Shown in pieces: positions 39,944 to 49,658 of a stretch of DNA of 64,000 nt (within the stretch, counting starts at the first letter, position 1; every line of letters starts with the position of its first letter). This DNA comes from Flavobacteriales bacterium UBA3477 (lineage in GTDB: Bacteria; Bacteroidota; Bacteroidia; Flavobacteriales; Schleiferiaceae). Under the pieces are notes generated by a model. That model was not told where the DNA came from, did no database searches, and was given only the letters and a program-made list of their open reading frames with translations. Location: positions 31,824 to 95,823 of the forward strand of contig DFQY01000053.1 of assembly GCA_002378005.1 (NCBI GenBank), given 5' to 3'. The position numbers and the translations under genes were made by a program.

Positions 39944-39996
39944 TAAATTATTTCTACCCTATTGATTCTTAAGAATTTAAATGGGTAATTCGCGCC

Positions 39997-40410
39997 ATGA
40001 AAAATTGGAACATTTTAGGTGCCACTGCAGACGTTTATTTCCCAGACTTAGGAATCAAAAGTGTGCAAGCACGTGTAGATACCGGAGCCGCTTCCTGTGC
40101 CCTTCATGCTTCGTTTATTGAGATAATCGATGAAGAAGGCGAAGATCCGCTGCTCAAAGTGGTTCTCTTCGACAAGGACTCTGAGTACTACACAGGCAAA
40201 GTGCTAGAGTTCAATGATTTTGTGATTCGTAACGTTCGCAATTCATTTGGAAAGAAAATGGCACGTCCCATGATTAAAACCACAGTCAGTATTCACAAGC
40301 AAGCTTTTCAAGTATTGGTTGGGTTTAGTGACCGTAGCAAACTAACTTACGACATGTTGATCGGTAGAAACCTTCTTGAGAAGGGATTCATCGTTGATGT
40401 CACGAAATAA
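39997..40410 (+). CDS. RimK-associated retropepsin-like aspartic protease (DUF785 / 'ATP-dependent zinc protease' family, RimB-like)
   Basis: 137 aa with the DTG signature in ARVDTGAASCALHA, immediately upstream of rimK. Confidence 0.7.
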   Translation: MKNWNILGATADVYFPDLGIKSVQARVDTGAASCALHASFIEIIDEEGEDPLLKVVLFDKDSEYYTGKVLEFNDFVIRNVRNSFGKKMARPMIKTTVSIHKQAFQVLVGFSDRSKLTYDMLIGRNLLEKGFIVDVTK

Positions 40411-40419
40411 CTAGAAGCT

Positions 40420-41331
40420 ATGAAATTAGCCATTCTTAGCGCCAACCCTTCCCTCTACTCTACCAATAGATTAAAGGAAGCTGCTGAAAAGCGGGGACAC
40501 GACGTAGAAGTCATCAATCACAACCATTGTTATGTGGCCATGGAGACTGATGCGAATTCGGTCTATCTAGGCGATCACGAACTAGAGGGCTTTGATGCGA
40601 TCATCCCTAGAATTGGGGCTTCTGTAACATTCTACGGATCAAGTATTATTCGTCAGTTTGAGGTTAAGCATGTATACACTACGCTGAGTTCTTTGGCATT
40701 GGTTCGATCTAGAGATAAGCTTAGAGCCACTCAGGTATTGGCCAAACATGGTATAGGCATTCCTAAAACAGTTTTTGCGAAACAACCTCGCGACGTTCAG
40801 AATCTTATAAAAACCGTTGGGGGTCCACCACTTGTCGTAAAGCTACTCGAGGGTACTCAAGGTCTTGGCGTGGTACTTGCAGAAACCAAAACAGCTGCTA
40901 AGAGTGTCATTGAAGCGTTTTACGGACTCAATGCCAACATTCTAGTGCAAGAGTTCATTAAAGAAGCAGGAGGCTCCGATATTCGTGCCTTAGTAGTTGG
41001 TGGAAAAGTTGTGGCAGCCTACAAACGTCAGGGCCAAGAGGGAGAGTTCCGTTCTAATCTACACCGCGGCGGTATGGGTGTCAAAGTGAAACTTAATGCG
41101 CTAGAGAAAAAGACAGCCATTGCTGCGACAAAAGCACTAGGCTTAAATGTAGCGGGTGTTGATATGCTGAGATCTGAAAGAGGTCCACTAGTGCTTGAGG
41201 TGAATAGTTCACCTGGCATTGAAGGTGTCGAAAAAGTGACGGGTATTGATGTTGCCGATAAAATCATAGCGTTCGTCGAAACCCAAATCGAGCGTCCCCT
41301 GACGAAAACTAAAGATAAGGTAGGCGTATAA
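40420..41331 (+). CDS. rimK: Ribosomal protein S6--L-glutamate ligase (ATP-grasp)
   Basis: 303 aa with ATP-grasp motifs ([38 protein letters not shown]). Confidence 0.9.
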   Translation: MKLAILSANPSLYSTNRLKEAAEKRGHDVEVINHNHCYVAMETDANSVYLGDHELEGFDAIIPRIGASVTFYGSSIIRQFEVKHVYTTLSSLALVRSRDKLRATQVLAKHGIGIPKTVFAKQPRDVQNLIKTVGGPPLVVKLLEGTQGLGVVLAETKTAAKSVIEAFYGLNANILVQEFIKEAGGSDIRALVVGGKVVAAYKRQGQEGEFRSNLHRGGMGVKVKLNALEKKTAIAATKALGLNVAGVDMLRSERGPLVLEVNSSPGIEGVEKVTGIDVADKIIAFVETQIERPLTKTKDKVGV

Positions 41332-42029
41332 TGCAACTCTTTTATGGATATATCCAAGGAACAGAATTCCATTTAGATGCGGGAGAAATTCAGCATTGTG
41401 TGAAAGTCCTTCGAAAGTCTGTCGGAGATCACATACACTTCATCACCGGAGATGGAGCACTCTATCAGGGTGAAATCTCTTTTGTTTCAAAATCAAAGGT
41501 TTACGGTTCATTTTCTAAAGTAGAGCATGAATTCGGTAAGGTCCCTTATGATTTAACCATTGCCATTGCTCCCACCAAAAGTATGGATAGGATTGAGGCA
41601 TTCGTTGAGAAGGCCGTTGAGATGGGCATCAATCGAATCATACCGATCATTTGTGAGCACAGCGAACGTCGTACGATTAAAACGGAGCGCCTTCGTAAAA
41701 TCGCCTTGAGTGCCACTAAACAAAGCCTAAAAGGTGCATTAGTGCACATAGACGAAGCCATTAGCTTTCAAGACTTTCTAGCCGAAAAGCAAGAACAGGT
41801 AATGATCGCACATTGTGAAAATGAAGTAACTAAGAAAGGCATCCATGAAGTGTTGAATACTTCCAAACCCTTATGCATCATGATAGGCCCAGAGGGAGAT
41901 TTCTCACCTGCCGAAGTACTCGCAGCAACAACGGCAGGCGCTAAGCCAATTCATCTGGGCTCGAGCCGTCTTCGTACCGAAACTGCGGGCCTTGTGGCCG
42001 TTGCGACGGTGTACCATTTGTTGGGCTGA
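41331..42029 (+). CDS. rsmE: 16S rRNA (uracil1498-N3)-methyltransferase
   Basis: 232 aa SPOUT-fold protein with IMIGPEGDFSPAE and LGSSRLRTETA. Its start overlaps the rimK stop by 1 nt. Confidence 0.85.
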   Translation: MQLFYGYIQGTEFHLDAGEIQHCVKVLRKSVGDHIHFITGDGALYQGEISFVSKSKVYGSFSKVEHEFGKVPYDLTIAIAPTKSMDRIEAFVEKAVEMGINRIIPIICEHSERRTIKTERLRKIALSATKQSLKGALVHIDEAISFQDFLAEKQEQVMIAHCENEVTKKGIHEVLNTSKPLCIMIGPEGDFSPAEVLAATTAGAKPIHLGSSRLRTETAGLVAVATVYHLLG

Positions 42030-42690
42030 TTTTTTCGTAGTCCAACTCCCTTTCAAAGGGATGCTTCCAATCATCCCACAATACCTCCTCTTCCTCCTCA
42101 CGTTCTTTATTCCGCAAGGATTCAATAGGTTCCAATTTGCGGTAGTACAGTGCCAACAGCACCCCTACAATGGCTCCACTTAAGTGACCTTCATAGCTTA
42201 TGGTAGGGTCATGAGGCAACACTCCCCATACAAAACTCCCGTATAAGAAGACCATTAATAGGCTTTGCGCCAATAACTTAATATGCAGGCGCATAACCCC
42301 GCTAAAGAACACAAAGGCTACCATAGCGTACAACCAAGCGCTTGCCCCAATATGTACATTTGGCCTACCAATGAACCATAATAACACCCCAGGCGCCATG
42401 AGACTGATAAACCAAATCCGGTCGAAAATCTTCGGAAAACTGTAGCGAATCAACACTCCTACAAAGAATAGGCTGATGGTATTACTTGCTATATGATTCA
42501 CATCACTGTGCAACCAAGAAAAAGTTATAGGCCCATACCAAGAATGAACATCACCTGGTACGATACCAAATTTTCGTAAAGGAATACCGGCACTTTCCTC
42601 CAAAAGAAAGATGGACCATGCAATGATGAGCCAAAGACTTGGCCACAAAAACAAGCCTTTATGAATTCCATATTTTCTCCAATGAGACAT
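41941..42690 (-). CDS. Rhomboid-family intramembrane serine protease
   Basis: Six predicted TM helices, the catalytic Ser in HIGASAWLYAM and the catalytic His in YEGHLSGAIVGVL. I prefer the ATG at 42690 (MSHWRKYG...) over 42753. Confidence 0.8.
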   Translation of the reverse strand: MSHWRKYGIHKGLFLWPSLWLIIAWSIFLLEESAGIPLRKFGIVPGDVHSWYGPITFSWLHSDVNHIASNTISLFFVGVLIRYSFPKIFDRIWFISLMAPGVLLWFIGRPNVHIGASAWLYAMVAFVFFSGVMRLHIKLLAQSLLMVFLYGSFVWGVLPHDPTISYEGHLSGAIVGVLLALYYRKLEPIESLRNKEREEEEEVLWDDWKHPFERELDYEKISPTNGTPSQRPQGPQFRYEDGSSPDELA

Positions 42691-42716
42691 AGCGAAAAGA
42701 TAGTTACTTTCGAGGA

Positions 42717-43982
42717 ATGAAACCGCTCGCAGAACAGCTTCGACCACATACACTGGACCAATATTTGGGCCAAGAGCACCTTATAGGTCAAAATGGCGCG
42801 TTGCGTAAGAGTTTAGATATAGGACGTCTACCTTCTATAGTCCTGTGGGGACCACCAGGAGTTGGGAAAACAACGCTTGCCTTGCTCCTAGCAAAAGAAC
42901 TAGAAGCACCACTTTATCAGCTTAGTGCAGTAAGCGCCGGCGTCAAAGATGTGCGTGAAGTACTCGCAGCAGCTGAAAAGAAGAGTCTTTTTGACAACAA
43001 GCGCCCTATCCTCTTCATCGATGAGATACATCGATTCAATAAAGGCCAACAGGATAGCCTATTGCATGCGGTTGAGCGCGGATGGATCACTCTCATAGGT
43101 GCCACAACGGAAAACCCATCGTTTGAAATGAATGCTGCTTTGCTTTCTCGAATGCAGGTGTATGTATTGAATTCGCATTCTAAAGAGGATCTGACCAAGA
43201 TGATTGAGTTGGCTAATAAGACGGAGTATGCGACGCAAAAAGACCTTAAGATTACCGCACATGACTTCTTGATTCGTCAAAGCATGGGCGATGCTCGAAA
43301 ACTTTATAACCTAGTAGAGCTGTGTTTCCAGCAAGGACAACCTGGAGTTCCCATAGATGAGGAGTTTGCCCAAAATGTTCTAAGCAACGCACAAATCAGA
43401 TATGACAAAGGTGGTGATGAACATTACAATGTCATTTCAGCATTCATCAAATCCATTAGAGGCTCCGACCCACAAGCTGCAGTATACTACCTCGCTCGGA
43501 TGATCGAAGGCGGTGAAGATGTGAAGTTTATCGCACGCAGATTAATCATTTCAGCCGCGGAGGATATTGGCCTAGCCAACCCTAATGCTTTAATGCTCGC
43601 GAATGAAACCTTTAGTGCTGTTGAGCGCGTTGGCTGGCCAGAAAGCAGAATTATCTTAAGCCAGTGTGCGATCTATTTGGCCACTTCCCCAAAATCTAAT
43701 AGTGCTTACACGGCCATTGGCAAGGCGCAAAAATTGGTTCAACAAACAGGGAATCTCGAGGTACCAGATCACCTTAAAAATGCCTCTAGTGCGCTCGCCA
43801 AGGATTTGGGCCACGGTAAAGGCTATTTATACCCTCACGACCACCCTGGAGGTTTCGTTTCTCAAGAATATTTACCAAAAGAGATTCAAGGAAGTGTGTT
43901 TTGGTCTCCTGCAGATAATCCCAAAGAGCAGCAGATTAGCGCTCAGCAAAAGGCGGTATGGAAAGATAAGTACGAAGCTTAA
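42717..43982 (+). CDS. rarA: Replication-associated recombination protein A (AAA+ ATPase)
   Basis: 421 aa with Walker A LWGPPGVGKTTLA, Walker B LFIDEIHRFNK and the MgsA C-terminal domain (YYLARMIEGGED). Confidence 0.92.
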   Translation: MKPLAEQLRPHTLDQYLGQEHLIGQNGALRKSLDIGRLPSIVLWGPPGVGKTTLALLLAKELEAPLYQLSAVSAGVKDVREVLAAAEKKSLFDNKRPILFIDEIHRFNKGQQDSLLHAVERGWITLIGATTENPSFEMNAALLSRMQVYVLNSHSKEDLTKMIELANKTEYATQKDLKITAHDFLIRQSMGDARKLYNLVELCFQQGQPGVPIDEEFAQNVLSNAQIRYDKGGDEHYNVISAFIKSIRGSDPQAAVYYLARMIEGGEDVKFIARRLIISAAEDIGLANPNALMLANETFSAVERVGWPESRIILSQCAIYLATSPKSNSAYTAIGKAQKLVQQTGNLEVPDHLKNASSALAKDLGHGKGYLYPHDHPGGFVSQEYLPKEIQGSVFWSPADNPKEQQISAQQKAVWKDKYEA

Positions 43983-45901
43983 CGCAAGCGTACCTCTGTC
44001 CGTCGGTTGAGTGCTCTACCCTCTTCTGTGTCGTTAGAGGCCACTGGTTCCTCCATGCCCCTGCCCTCTGAAATTAGTCTTTCTCTATCTATCCCATGGC
44101 CCACTAACCAATCTAAAACAGCTAAGGCTCTCGCTTCGCTCAAGTTTTGATTGTAGGACTTTGAACCTTGATTATCAGTATGGCCAACAATGGTCGCCTC
44201 TACGTTCGGGTTATCCTCGAGTAATTTCAATAATACATTCAACTCTTTCTCGCTTTCTTTCAGTAAGAAGCTTTTGTCTAATTCAAATAAGATATTCCTC
44301 AATACGAACGAATTTCCACTGCTTATCGGAGACATTCTGAGTTTTGCAATGTTTGGTCCGTGGAGCGGTCCCGCGAAGTAATCTATTCGTGATATGGTAG
44401 TGGAATATGGAACATATCCCTTCTTATACGCCGTAACTCGAATGGGCGACCCATCAGTCATTAACCTTACAGAGCCCGTATTTTCATTGCTTTGTCCATT
44501 GAAAAATTGGACACCGGCATCGTTATAGAGTTGCACGGAAGCATTGCCAAGCGGAAAATCGGTCAGACTATCGTAAACGACAATATCGTAGTTAAACCTT
44601 GGCTCAGGTTGTAATTCGCTCGGCAGCTCAAAACGGAATAAGTCCAGCGAACTCATTTTCGAATAATTTGGAAGTATCTCAGTGCCACGATCAGAGGCTA
44701 GGTATCCAAAGGTGCCACTCTTATCTATTACCATTGAGAATTCATCGCCATAGCTGTTCAGCGGAAAGCCAAGATTCATCGCTTCTGACCACGTCGTATC
44801 GCTTAGGCGCTTGCTCATGAAGAAATCGGACCCGCCTAAAGAAGGACTGCGCTCTGACCTGAAATAAAGGGTATTTCCGTCAAAGTGAATGAATGGGCTA
44901 CTTTCTTTCGAAGGTCCATTTATTTGATTTGGAAGGCGTTGCCCCTTGGACCAATTACCTTCTTCATCTTTAGTGGAGACAAAAATATCTGCATCTGGAT
45001 CCATGCTATCACTGGCGCGAACAAAATAAATGGTTGTGCCGTCTGGCCCTAAGCTGGGTTGACTCTCCCACTGTCCAGTGTTTATTTTGCCAGGAAGAGG
45101 CTTAGGAGTTTCCCAGCCATAAATGGGATTCCAATTGCTATAGTAGAGGTCACAACTTCCTGCCCCATCCGGTCGATTACAAACCGTTAAAACCATGAAG
45201 GCACCGTCAGCGCTTATGCTCGAAGCCCCTTCATTCAATTGTGAATTTAAATTTCCATCTAGAGGAACACCATATCTATCTATTCCATCCAATGTGCCTT
45301 TAAATAGGTTTTCATCTGTAGGCTTAGACCCATCCACGAAACGATGCGTGTATATCAAGAACTCATCACCTCCAGTTATTGTAGGGAAATACTCTAGTTG
45401 CTCGGTTGAAAAACTCAACTTCTCAATATTGTAATCGAAATCACTTTGTTGGAATTTGATGTATTGATCACGCGTGAATTTTAGATTATCCAATTCCTGC
45501 AGTGCCAATTCGTATCGCTCTTTTGAAAGCCTGGCACGATTTAAATATTGCTCCATGTTAGCGATACTCTCTTCCCAATGGAATTGGTATTTGTAAACGA
45601 TGCTCTTCTTTAAGAATACACTTGATAATGGTTGAATACTTAAGGCTTCGTTGTAATAGGACAGTGCCTCAGTGTACGAACCCTGTCTGAACATGTAGTC
45701 ACCTGCATAGACAAAAGGCTGATAGTAAGTCCCCTTGCCTTTCTTCATGCTTTTCTGCAAGTGCTTCCAGCCTTGTTCTGTTTGTCCATTGCGAAAAGCT
45801 TCTTGTGCATTATTAAGGCTGTTTATGGCCGACTTGGGCTGAGCAAATGTGGATAAGCTCAGAAAAAGTAGTAGCGCAATTGCATGATAAAATCGGACCA
45901 T
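43979..45901 (-). CDS. OmpA-family envelope protein with N-terminal TPR, central PD40/TolB-like repeats and a C-terminal OmpA peptidoglycan-binding domain
   Basis: Signal peptide MVRFYHAIALLLFLSLSTFAQ (alternative upstream ATGs at 45937 and 45943). The OmpA motifs are IVGHTDNQGSKSYNQNLSEARA and NRRTEVRL. Confidence 0.8.
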   Translation of the reverse strand: MVRFYHAIALLLFLSLSTFAQPKSAINSLNNAQEAFRNGQTEQGWKHLQKSMKKGKGTYYQPFVYAGDYMFRQGSYTEALSYYNEALSIQPLSSVFLKKSIVYKYQFHWEESIANMEQYLNRARLSKERYELALQELDNLKFTRDQYIKFQQSDFDYNIEKLSFSTEQLEYFPTITGGDEFLIYTHRFVDGSKPTDENLFKGTLDGIDRYGVPLDGNLNSQLNEGASSISADGAFMVLTVCNRPDGAGSCDLYYSNWNPIYGWETPKPLPGKINTGQWESQPSLGPDGTTIYFVRASDSMDPDADIFVSTKDEEGNWSKGQRLPNQINGPSKESSPFIHFDGNTLYFRSERSPSLGGSDFFMSKRLSDTTWSEAMNLGFPLNSYGDEFSMVIDKSGTFGYLASDRGTEILPNYSKMSSLDLFRFELPSELQPEPRFNYDIVVYDSLTDFPLGNASVQLYNDAGVQFFNGQSNENTGSVRLMTDGSPIRVTAYKKGYVPYSTTISRIDYFAGPLHGPNIAKLRMSPISSGNSFVLRNILFELDKSFLLKESEKELNVLLKLLEDNPNVEATIVGHTDNQGSKSYNQNLSEARALAVLDWLVGHGIDRERLISEGRGMEEPVASNDTEEGRALNRRTEVRLR

Positions 45902-45942
45902 TAGAAGTACATTTGAAGTTCTACGAAGATATCTCATACCCA

Positions 45943-46470
45943 TTGAAAACGACGAGAATTGCCATTACGGGGTCTCCTGCCACAGGGAAAACTACGTTAA
46001 GCATTGCATTAGAGCAACATGGCTACCCTGTTTTCCACGAACAAGCTCGCGAAATCATTCAAAATTCATTGGACGAAGAGTCGGATTTGGTGCCTTGGAA
46101 TGACCTTTTGGGCTTTACTCAACTCGTCTGGGACCTACGCAATGAGCAGTACCACAATGCATTGTTAGAAAAAATTAATTTTTACGACCGCACTAATGTG
46201 GATGCCTACGCGTACCTTAATAAGGGAAACGCAGAACTTTCTGAGGATTGGAAGGCAGATTTACAGGAAATGCGATTTGAAAAAGTCTTTTTCCTACCAG
46301 TATGGCCAGAGATTCATAGTCTTGATAAGCAGCGCATGGAAACACTTGAGGAGTGCTATGAAGTAGAAGAACACTTGAAGGTAGCTTATAAGGAATTGGG
46401 ATATGAGTATATTGAAGTTCCTCCTGACTCAGTAGAAGAACGCGTTGCCTTTATTTTGGCACGTTTATGA
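45943..46470 (+). CDS. Small P-loop ATPase (AAA_28 / NadR-C-terminal-like)
   Basis: P-loop IAITGSPATGKTTLS. I propose the TTG start at 45943 (MKTTRIAITG...), because this family usually has the P-loop within ~10 aa of the N-terminus. The track's ATG at 45847 would overlap the OmpA-family gene. The start is uncertain, and the TTG at 45913 is also possible. Confidence 0.55.
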   Translation: MKTTRIAITGSPATGKTTLSIALEQHGYPVFHEQAREIIQNSLDEESDLVPWNDLLGFTQLVWDLRNEQYHNALLEKINFYDRTNVDAYAYLNKGNAELSEDWKADLQEMRFEKVFFLPVWPEIHSLDKQRMETLEECYEVEEHLKVAYKELGYEYIEVPPDSVEERVAFILARL

Positions 46471-48266
46471 TCCTTCAACAGGCAAAAGAAATACTGAAAC
46501 AATATTGGGGCTATCCTGATTTTCGCGGGTTACAGGGAGATATTATTTCTTCCGTTCTCTCGGGCAAGCACACTGTAGGGTTGCTCCCTACCGGTGGCGG
46601 AAAATCCATTTGCTATCAAGTTCCGGCATTAGCTCTTGAAGGTGTTACTATTGTTATAAGTCCCCTCTTGGCTTTAATGCAAGACCAATTACACGGGCTC
46701 ACCAAGAGAAATATTAAAGCTTATCAATTCACTGGCTCATACTCCCCGAGGCAATTAGACGAGGCCTTTAGGAATATCAAATACGGAGGATATAAATTAG
46801 TCTTTCTTGCCCCTGAAAGGTTGTCAAATACGTTGTTCCTGGAATATCTGCAGAATGCGGAGGTCAGTTTAATCGCTATTGACGAAGCACATTGTATTTC
46901 GCAATGGGGGTTTGATTTTCGCCCTTCATACCTAAATGTGCACCTACTCCGTGAACGATTCCCAAATATCCCAGTTTTGGCACTAACAGCATCAGCGACG
47001 AATAGGGTTAAAAAGGATTTAGCCGAGCAACTACAAATCCCTGATGCAGCAATCTTTGAGGGCAGTGTGCGACGGAATAACCTACAACTAGAAAAAAGAC
47101 TTACTCCCAACAAGGACAAACAGCTATTAAGGTTATTAGGGCGCTTGACCGGTACGGGAATCATTTATGCGAAGACCCGATCTAGTTGTGAATCCATTAG
47201 TCATTACATCAATGAAAATGGACTACACTCCACATTCTTTCACGCTGGTTTGGATTTAAAGGAGAAGAACGAACGTCAGGAACGTTGGCTCGACAATAAA
47301 GTCCCGATAATGGTCAGTACTACTGCATTTGGAATGGGTATAGATAAAGCGGATGTGATGTGGGTCATACATTGGGATACGCCTGATACCATAGAAGGAT
47401 ATTATCAAGAGGTGGGGCGTGGTGGTCGGGGAGGACAATTATCCCAAGCATATCTTTTATACAACCAGCAAGATTTTACACGCATTACTAAGGGTATTAC
47501 AGATTTACCTAAACCAGAAGAGGTAGAGGCCTTCTATCATAAGATCTGTAGCCATTTTCAAATAGCCGTAGGGACAGGCCAAGACCATCAAGAAAACTTT
47601 TCTTTGGTCAACCTGGCCGCTAGGCTAGAACTCCCTATCCCACAATTATTGACTTATATCAAGTTGCTGCAACAACGAGGTATGTGGCAATTTATAGAAA
47701 GTAATCAACTCTATCCTGAGTTACTTTTTTTAACCCGACCGGAACATTGGTCTGGATTACCTGAGGACGATCATCAAAACTTGATACAATTGTTCCGTTT
47801 ATACAGTCACGCGGCCCAACACTCTACGAGAATACAGTTAGATGCTGTAGCCCCTATGCTGCACAAGACCGTTAAAGATCTCGACCAGTGGCTGAATCGA
47901 ATGCATCAAAAAGGATTGATTCAATATAGGGCCGAACAAAACCAATGTGCCCTACTCTTTTTAGAGAACCGCATAGACAAGCGATATTTCAAATTGTCCA
48001 AATCCTTCGTAGAATCTTGGATTACCAGCAAAAAAGAGCGATCACAAGCTATTCTCGAGTTTCTCGCTTCTGAAGAGTGTTTAGCCAACGTTGTTGAGCG
48101 TTACTTTGGCCAAACACCCCGAGAAGCTTGTGGTATTTGTAGCAATTGCACGCTAAATCACTATCCCGATGGGGAAACAATTCAAGCCATGCTCAAAGAC
48201 GGACTGAGTTTTGACGATATTTGGTTCGATTTAAATTGTCCTCCTGATGCCTTACGACAACATTAG
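46467..48266 (+). CDS. RecQ-family ATP-dependent DNA helicase (non-canonical C-terminal architecture)
   Basis: 599 aa with motif I LLPTGGGKSICYQ, DEAH (AIDEAHCISQWG), motif VI YYQEVGRGGRGG, and the RecQ Zn motif C538-x16-C-x2-C-x2-C (ECLANVVERYFGQTPREACGICSNC) near the C-terminus. Confidence 0.85.
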   Translation: MILQQAKEILKQYWGYPDFRGLQGDIISSVLSGKHTVGLLPTGGGKSICYQVPALALEGVTIVISPLLALMQDQLHGLTKRNIKAYQFTGSYSPRQLDEAFRNIKYGGYKLVFLAPERLSNTLFLEYLQNAEVSLIAIDEAHCISQWGFDFRPSYLNVHLLRERFPNIPVLALTASATNRVKKDLAEQLQIPDAAIFEGSVRRNNLQLEKRLTPNKDKQLLRLLGRLTGTGIIYAKTRSSCESISHYINENGLHSTFFHAGLDLKEKNERQERWLDNKVPIMVSTTAFGMGIDKADVMWVIHWDTPDTIEGYYQEVGRGGRGGQLSQAYLLYNQQDFTRITKGITDLPKPEEVEAFYHKICSHFQIAVGTGQDHQENFSLVNLAARLELPIPQLLTYIKLLQQRGMWQFIESNQLYPELLFLTRPEHWSGLPEDDHQNLIQLFRLYSHAAQHSTRIQLDAVAPMLHKTVKDLDQWLNRMHQKGLIQYRAEQNQCALLFLENRIDKRYFKLSKSFVESWITSKKERSQAILEFLASEECLANVVERYFGQTPREACGICSNCTLNHYPDGETIQAMLKDGLSFDDIWFDLNCPPDALRQH

Positions 48267-49179
48267 TATAGTATACATGGGTACACCTGAATTTGCTGTA
48301 CCTCCACTCCAAGCATTGGCAAATGCCGGATATGATGTTAAGGCCGTTGTTACGGTGGCAGATAAGCCTTCCGGACGTGGGAGAAAGCTACAACCCAGTG
48401 CTGTTAAAAAAGCTTCATTAGATCTAGGCATTCCGGTTTTGCAGCCATCTTCGTTAAAAGATGAAGGTTTTCTAGAGGAATTGGATGCACTTCAGGCAGA
48501 TCTCTTTGTTGTAGTTGCCTTCCGTATGCTACCAAAAGAAGTTTGGGGCAAACCTAGACTAGGGACCTTCAATCTCCACGGATCATTATTGCCTCAACTC
48601 AGAGGTGCCGCCCCTATTCACTGGGCGGTAATTAATGGACTGAAAGAGACGGGACTCACCACGTTCCTCATCGACGAGCAAATTGATACTGGGAATATCC
48701 TGTTGCAGGAAAAGTTAACTATTCCACCTCATTGGACCACAGGTACATTGCACGATGCTTTACTACCTGTAGGCGCACAATTAGTTGTAGATACCGTCAA
48801 TGGTCTTATTGAGGGTTCTTTATCTCCTCAATCTCAAAATGATGAGGACGCCTCTCATGCTCCTAAATTAACGAAGGACAATACTCGCCTAGATTTTATG
48901 CTTACCCCTGCTTCACTTGTTCAGCTGATAAAAGGATTGAGTCCCTTCCCCTCGGCATACTATGGAGAATTTAAGTTCCTAGATGCAGCCATGTGTGAAA
49001 AACAGAATTCATCTGTTGATCCAATTTTAAGGGTTAGAAATAAGCAACTTTACCTAGATTATATGCTTGGTAGTATTGAAATCACTCAAATTAAAGCTGC
49101 AGGAAAGCGCGCCATGTCAAGCTCAGACTACATTAACGGCTTAAATTGCGCCCAAATACCACTTAAAAAGCCTGTTTAA
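48247..49179 (+). CDS. fmt: Methionyl-tRNA formyltransferase
   Basis: 310 aa with IVYMGTPEFAV and FNLHGSLLPQLRGAAPI. It overlaps the recQ-like 3' end by 20 nt. Confidence 0.92.
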   Translation: MPYDNISIVYMGTPEFAVPPLQALANAGYDVKAVVTVADKPSGRGRKLQPSAVKKASLDLGIPVLQPSSLKDEGFLEELDALQADLFVVVAFRMLPKEVWGKPRLGTFNLHGSLLPQLRGAAPIHWAVINGLKETGLTTFLIDEQIDTGNILLQEKLTIPPHWTTGTLHDALLPVGAQLVVDTVNGLIEGSLSPQSQNDEDASHAPKLTKDNTRLDFMLTPASLVQLIKGLSPFPSAYYGEFKFLDAAMCEKQNSSVDPILRVRNKQLYLDYMLGSIEITQIKAAGKRAMSSSDYINGLNCAQIPLKKPV

Positions 49180-49253
49180 AAAGGTAAAATCACCCCTTTT
49201 TGTGAATAAATACCATTAGTTATTAACTTTTTTTACCTGAAGGCCCGAAAACA

Positions 49254-49284
49254 CTTGCATGGAAGTAATTTTCATCTATATTTG
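49254..49284 (+). promoter_or_regulatory. Candidate Bacteroidota sigma-A promoter for the HU gene
   Basis: cTTG at 49254..49257, a 19-nt spacer, then TATATTTG at 49277..49284 (exact TAnnTTTG), 44 nt upstream of the ATG at 49328. Confidence 0.4.
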
Positions 49285-49327
49285 GTAAGCATTCGTTTAA
49301 AAAAGTATTAATTAAAATTTAATTGCA

Positions 49328-49597
49328 ATGAACAAAGCACAATTGATCGACGCAATGGCAGCAGACGCTGGCATCTCTAAAGCACAAGCTAAAGCAGCTT
49401 TAGATTCTTTCACTGGTAAAGTGGGTTCTACCCTTTCAGGTGGTGGCCGTGTATCACTAGTTGGTTTCGGTTCTTTCTCTGTTTCTGAGCGCGCAGCTCG
49501 TGACGGTCGTAACCCACAAACTGGTGCAGTTATCAAAATCGCTGCTAAGAAAGTAGCTAAGTTTAAAGCTGGTGCTGACCTAAACGGTAAGCTCTAA
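49328..49597 (+). CDS. hup: HU-family DNA-binding protein
   Basis: 89 aa: [11 protein letters not shown]...[21 protein letters not shown]..., the canonical HU/IHF signature. Confidence 0.92.
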   Translation: MNKAQLIDAMAADAGISKAQAKAALDSFTGKVGSTLSGGGRVSLVGFGSFSVSERAARDGRNPQTGAVIKIAAKKVAKFKAGADLNGKL

Positions 49598-49620
49598 TAG
49601 CCTGAACTTATTAGATACAA

Positions 49621-49648
49621 AGAAGCCCTCCTCGGAGGGCTTTTTTTA
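49621..49648 (+). terminator. Rho-independent terminator after the HU gene
   Basis: GC-rich stem AGCCCTC / GAGGGCT with a CTCG loop, followed by TTTTTTTAT. Confidence 0.7.
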
Positions 49649-49658
49649 TGTGCTTATC

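Noticed and set aside
39997-42029. rimB-like / rimK / rsmE as a possible novel system
   Set aside because: RimK with an adjacent retropepsin-like (DUF785) partner is an already described ribosomal S6 glutamylation module. Only the upstream palindrome is reported, as a minor finding.
41904-42183. Short ORFs (63-73 aa) on both strands at the rsmE/rhomboid junction
   Set aside because: They are alternative frames of the two supported genes and have no independent evidence.
46724-47164. 146-aa minus-strand ORF antisense to the RecQ-family helicase
   Set aside because: It overlaps the DEAH and motif III region of the helicase and is Cys/Ser/Arg-rich nonsense-like sequence.
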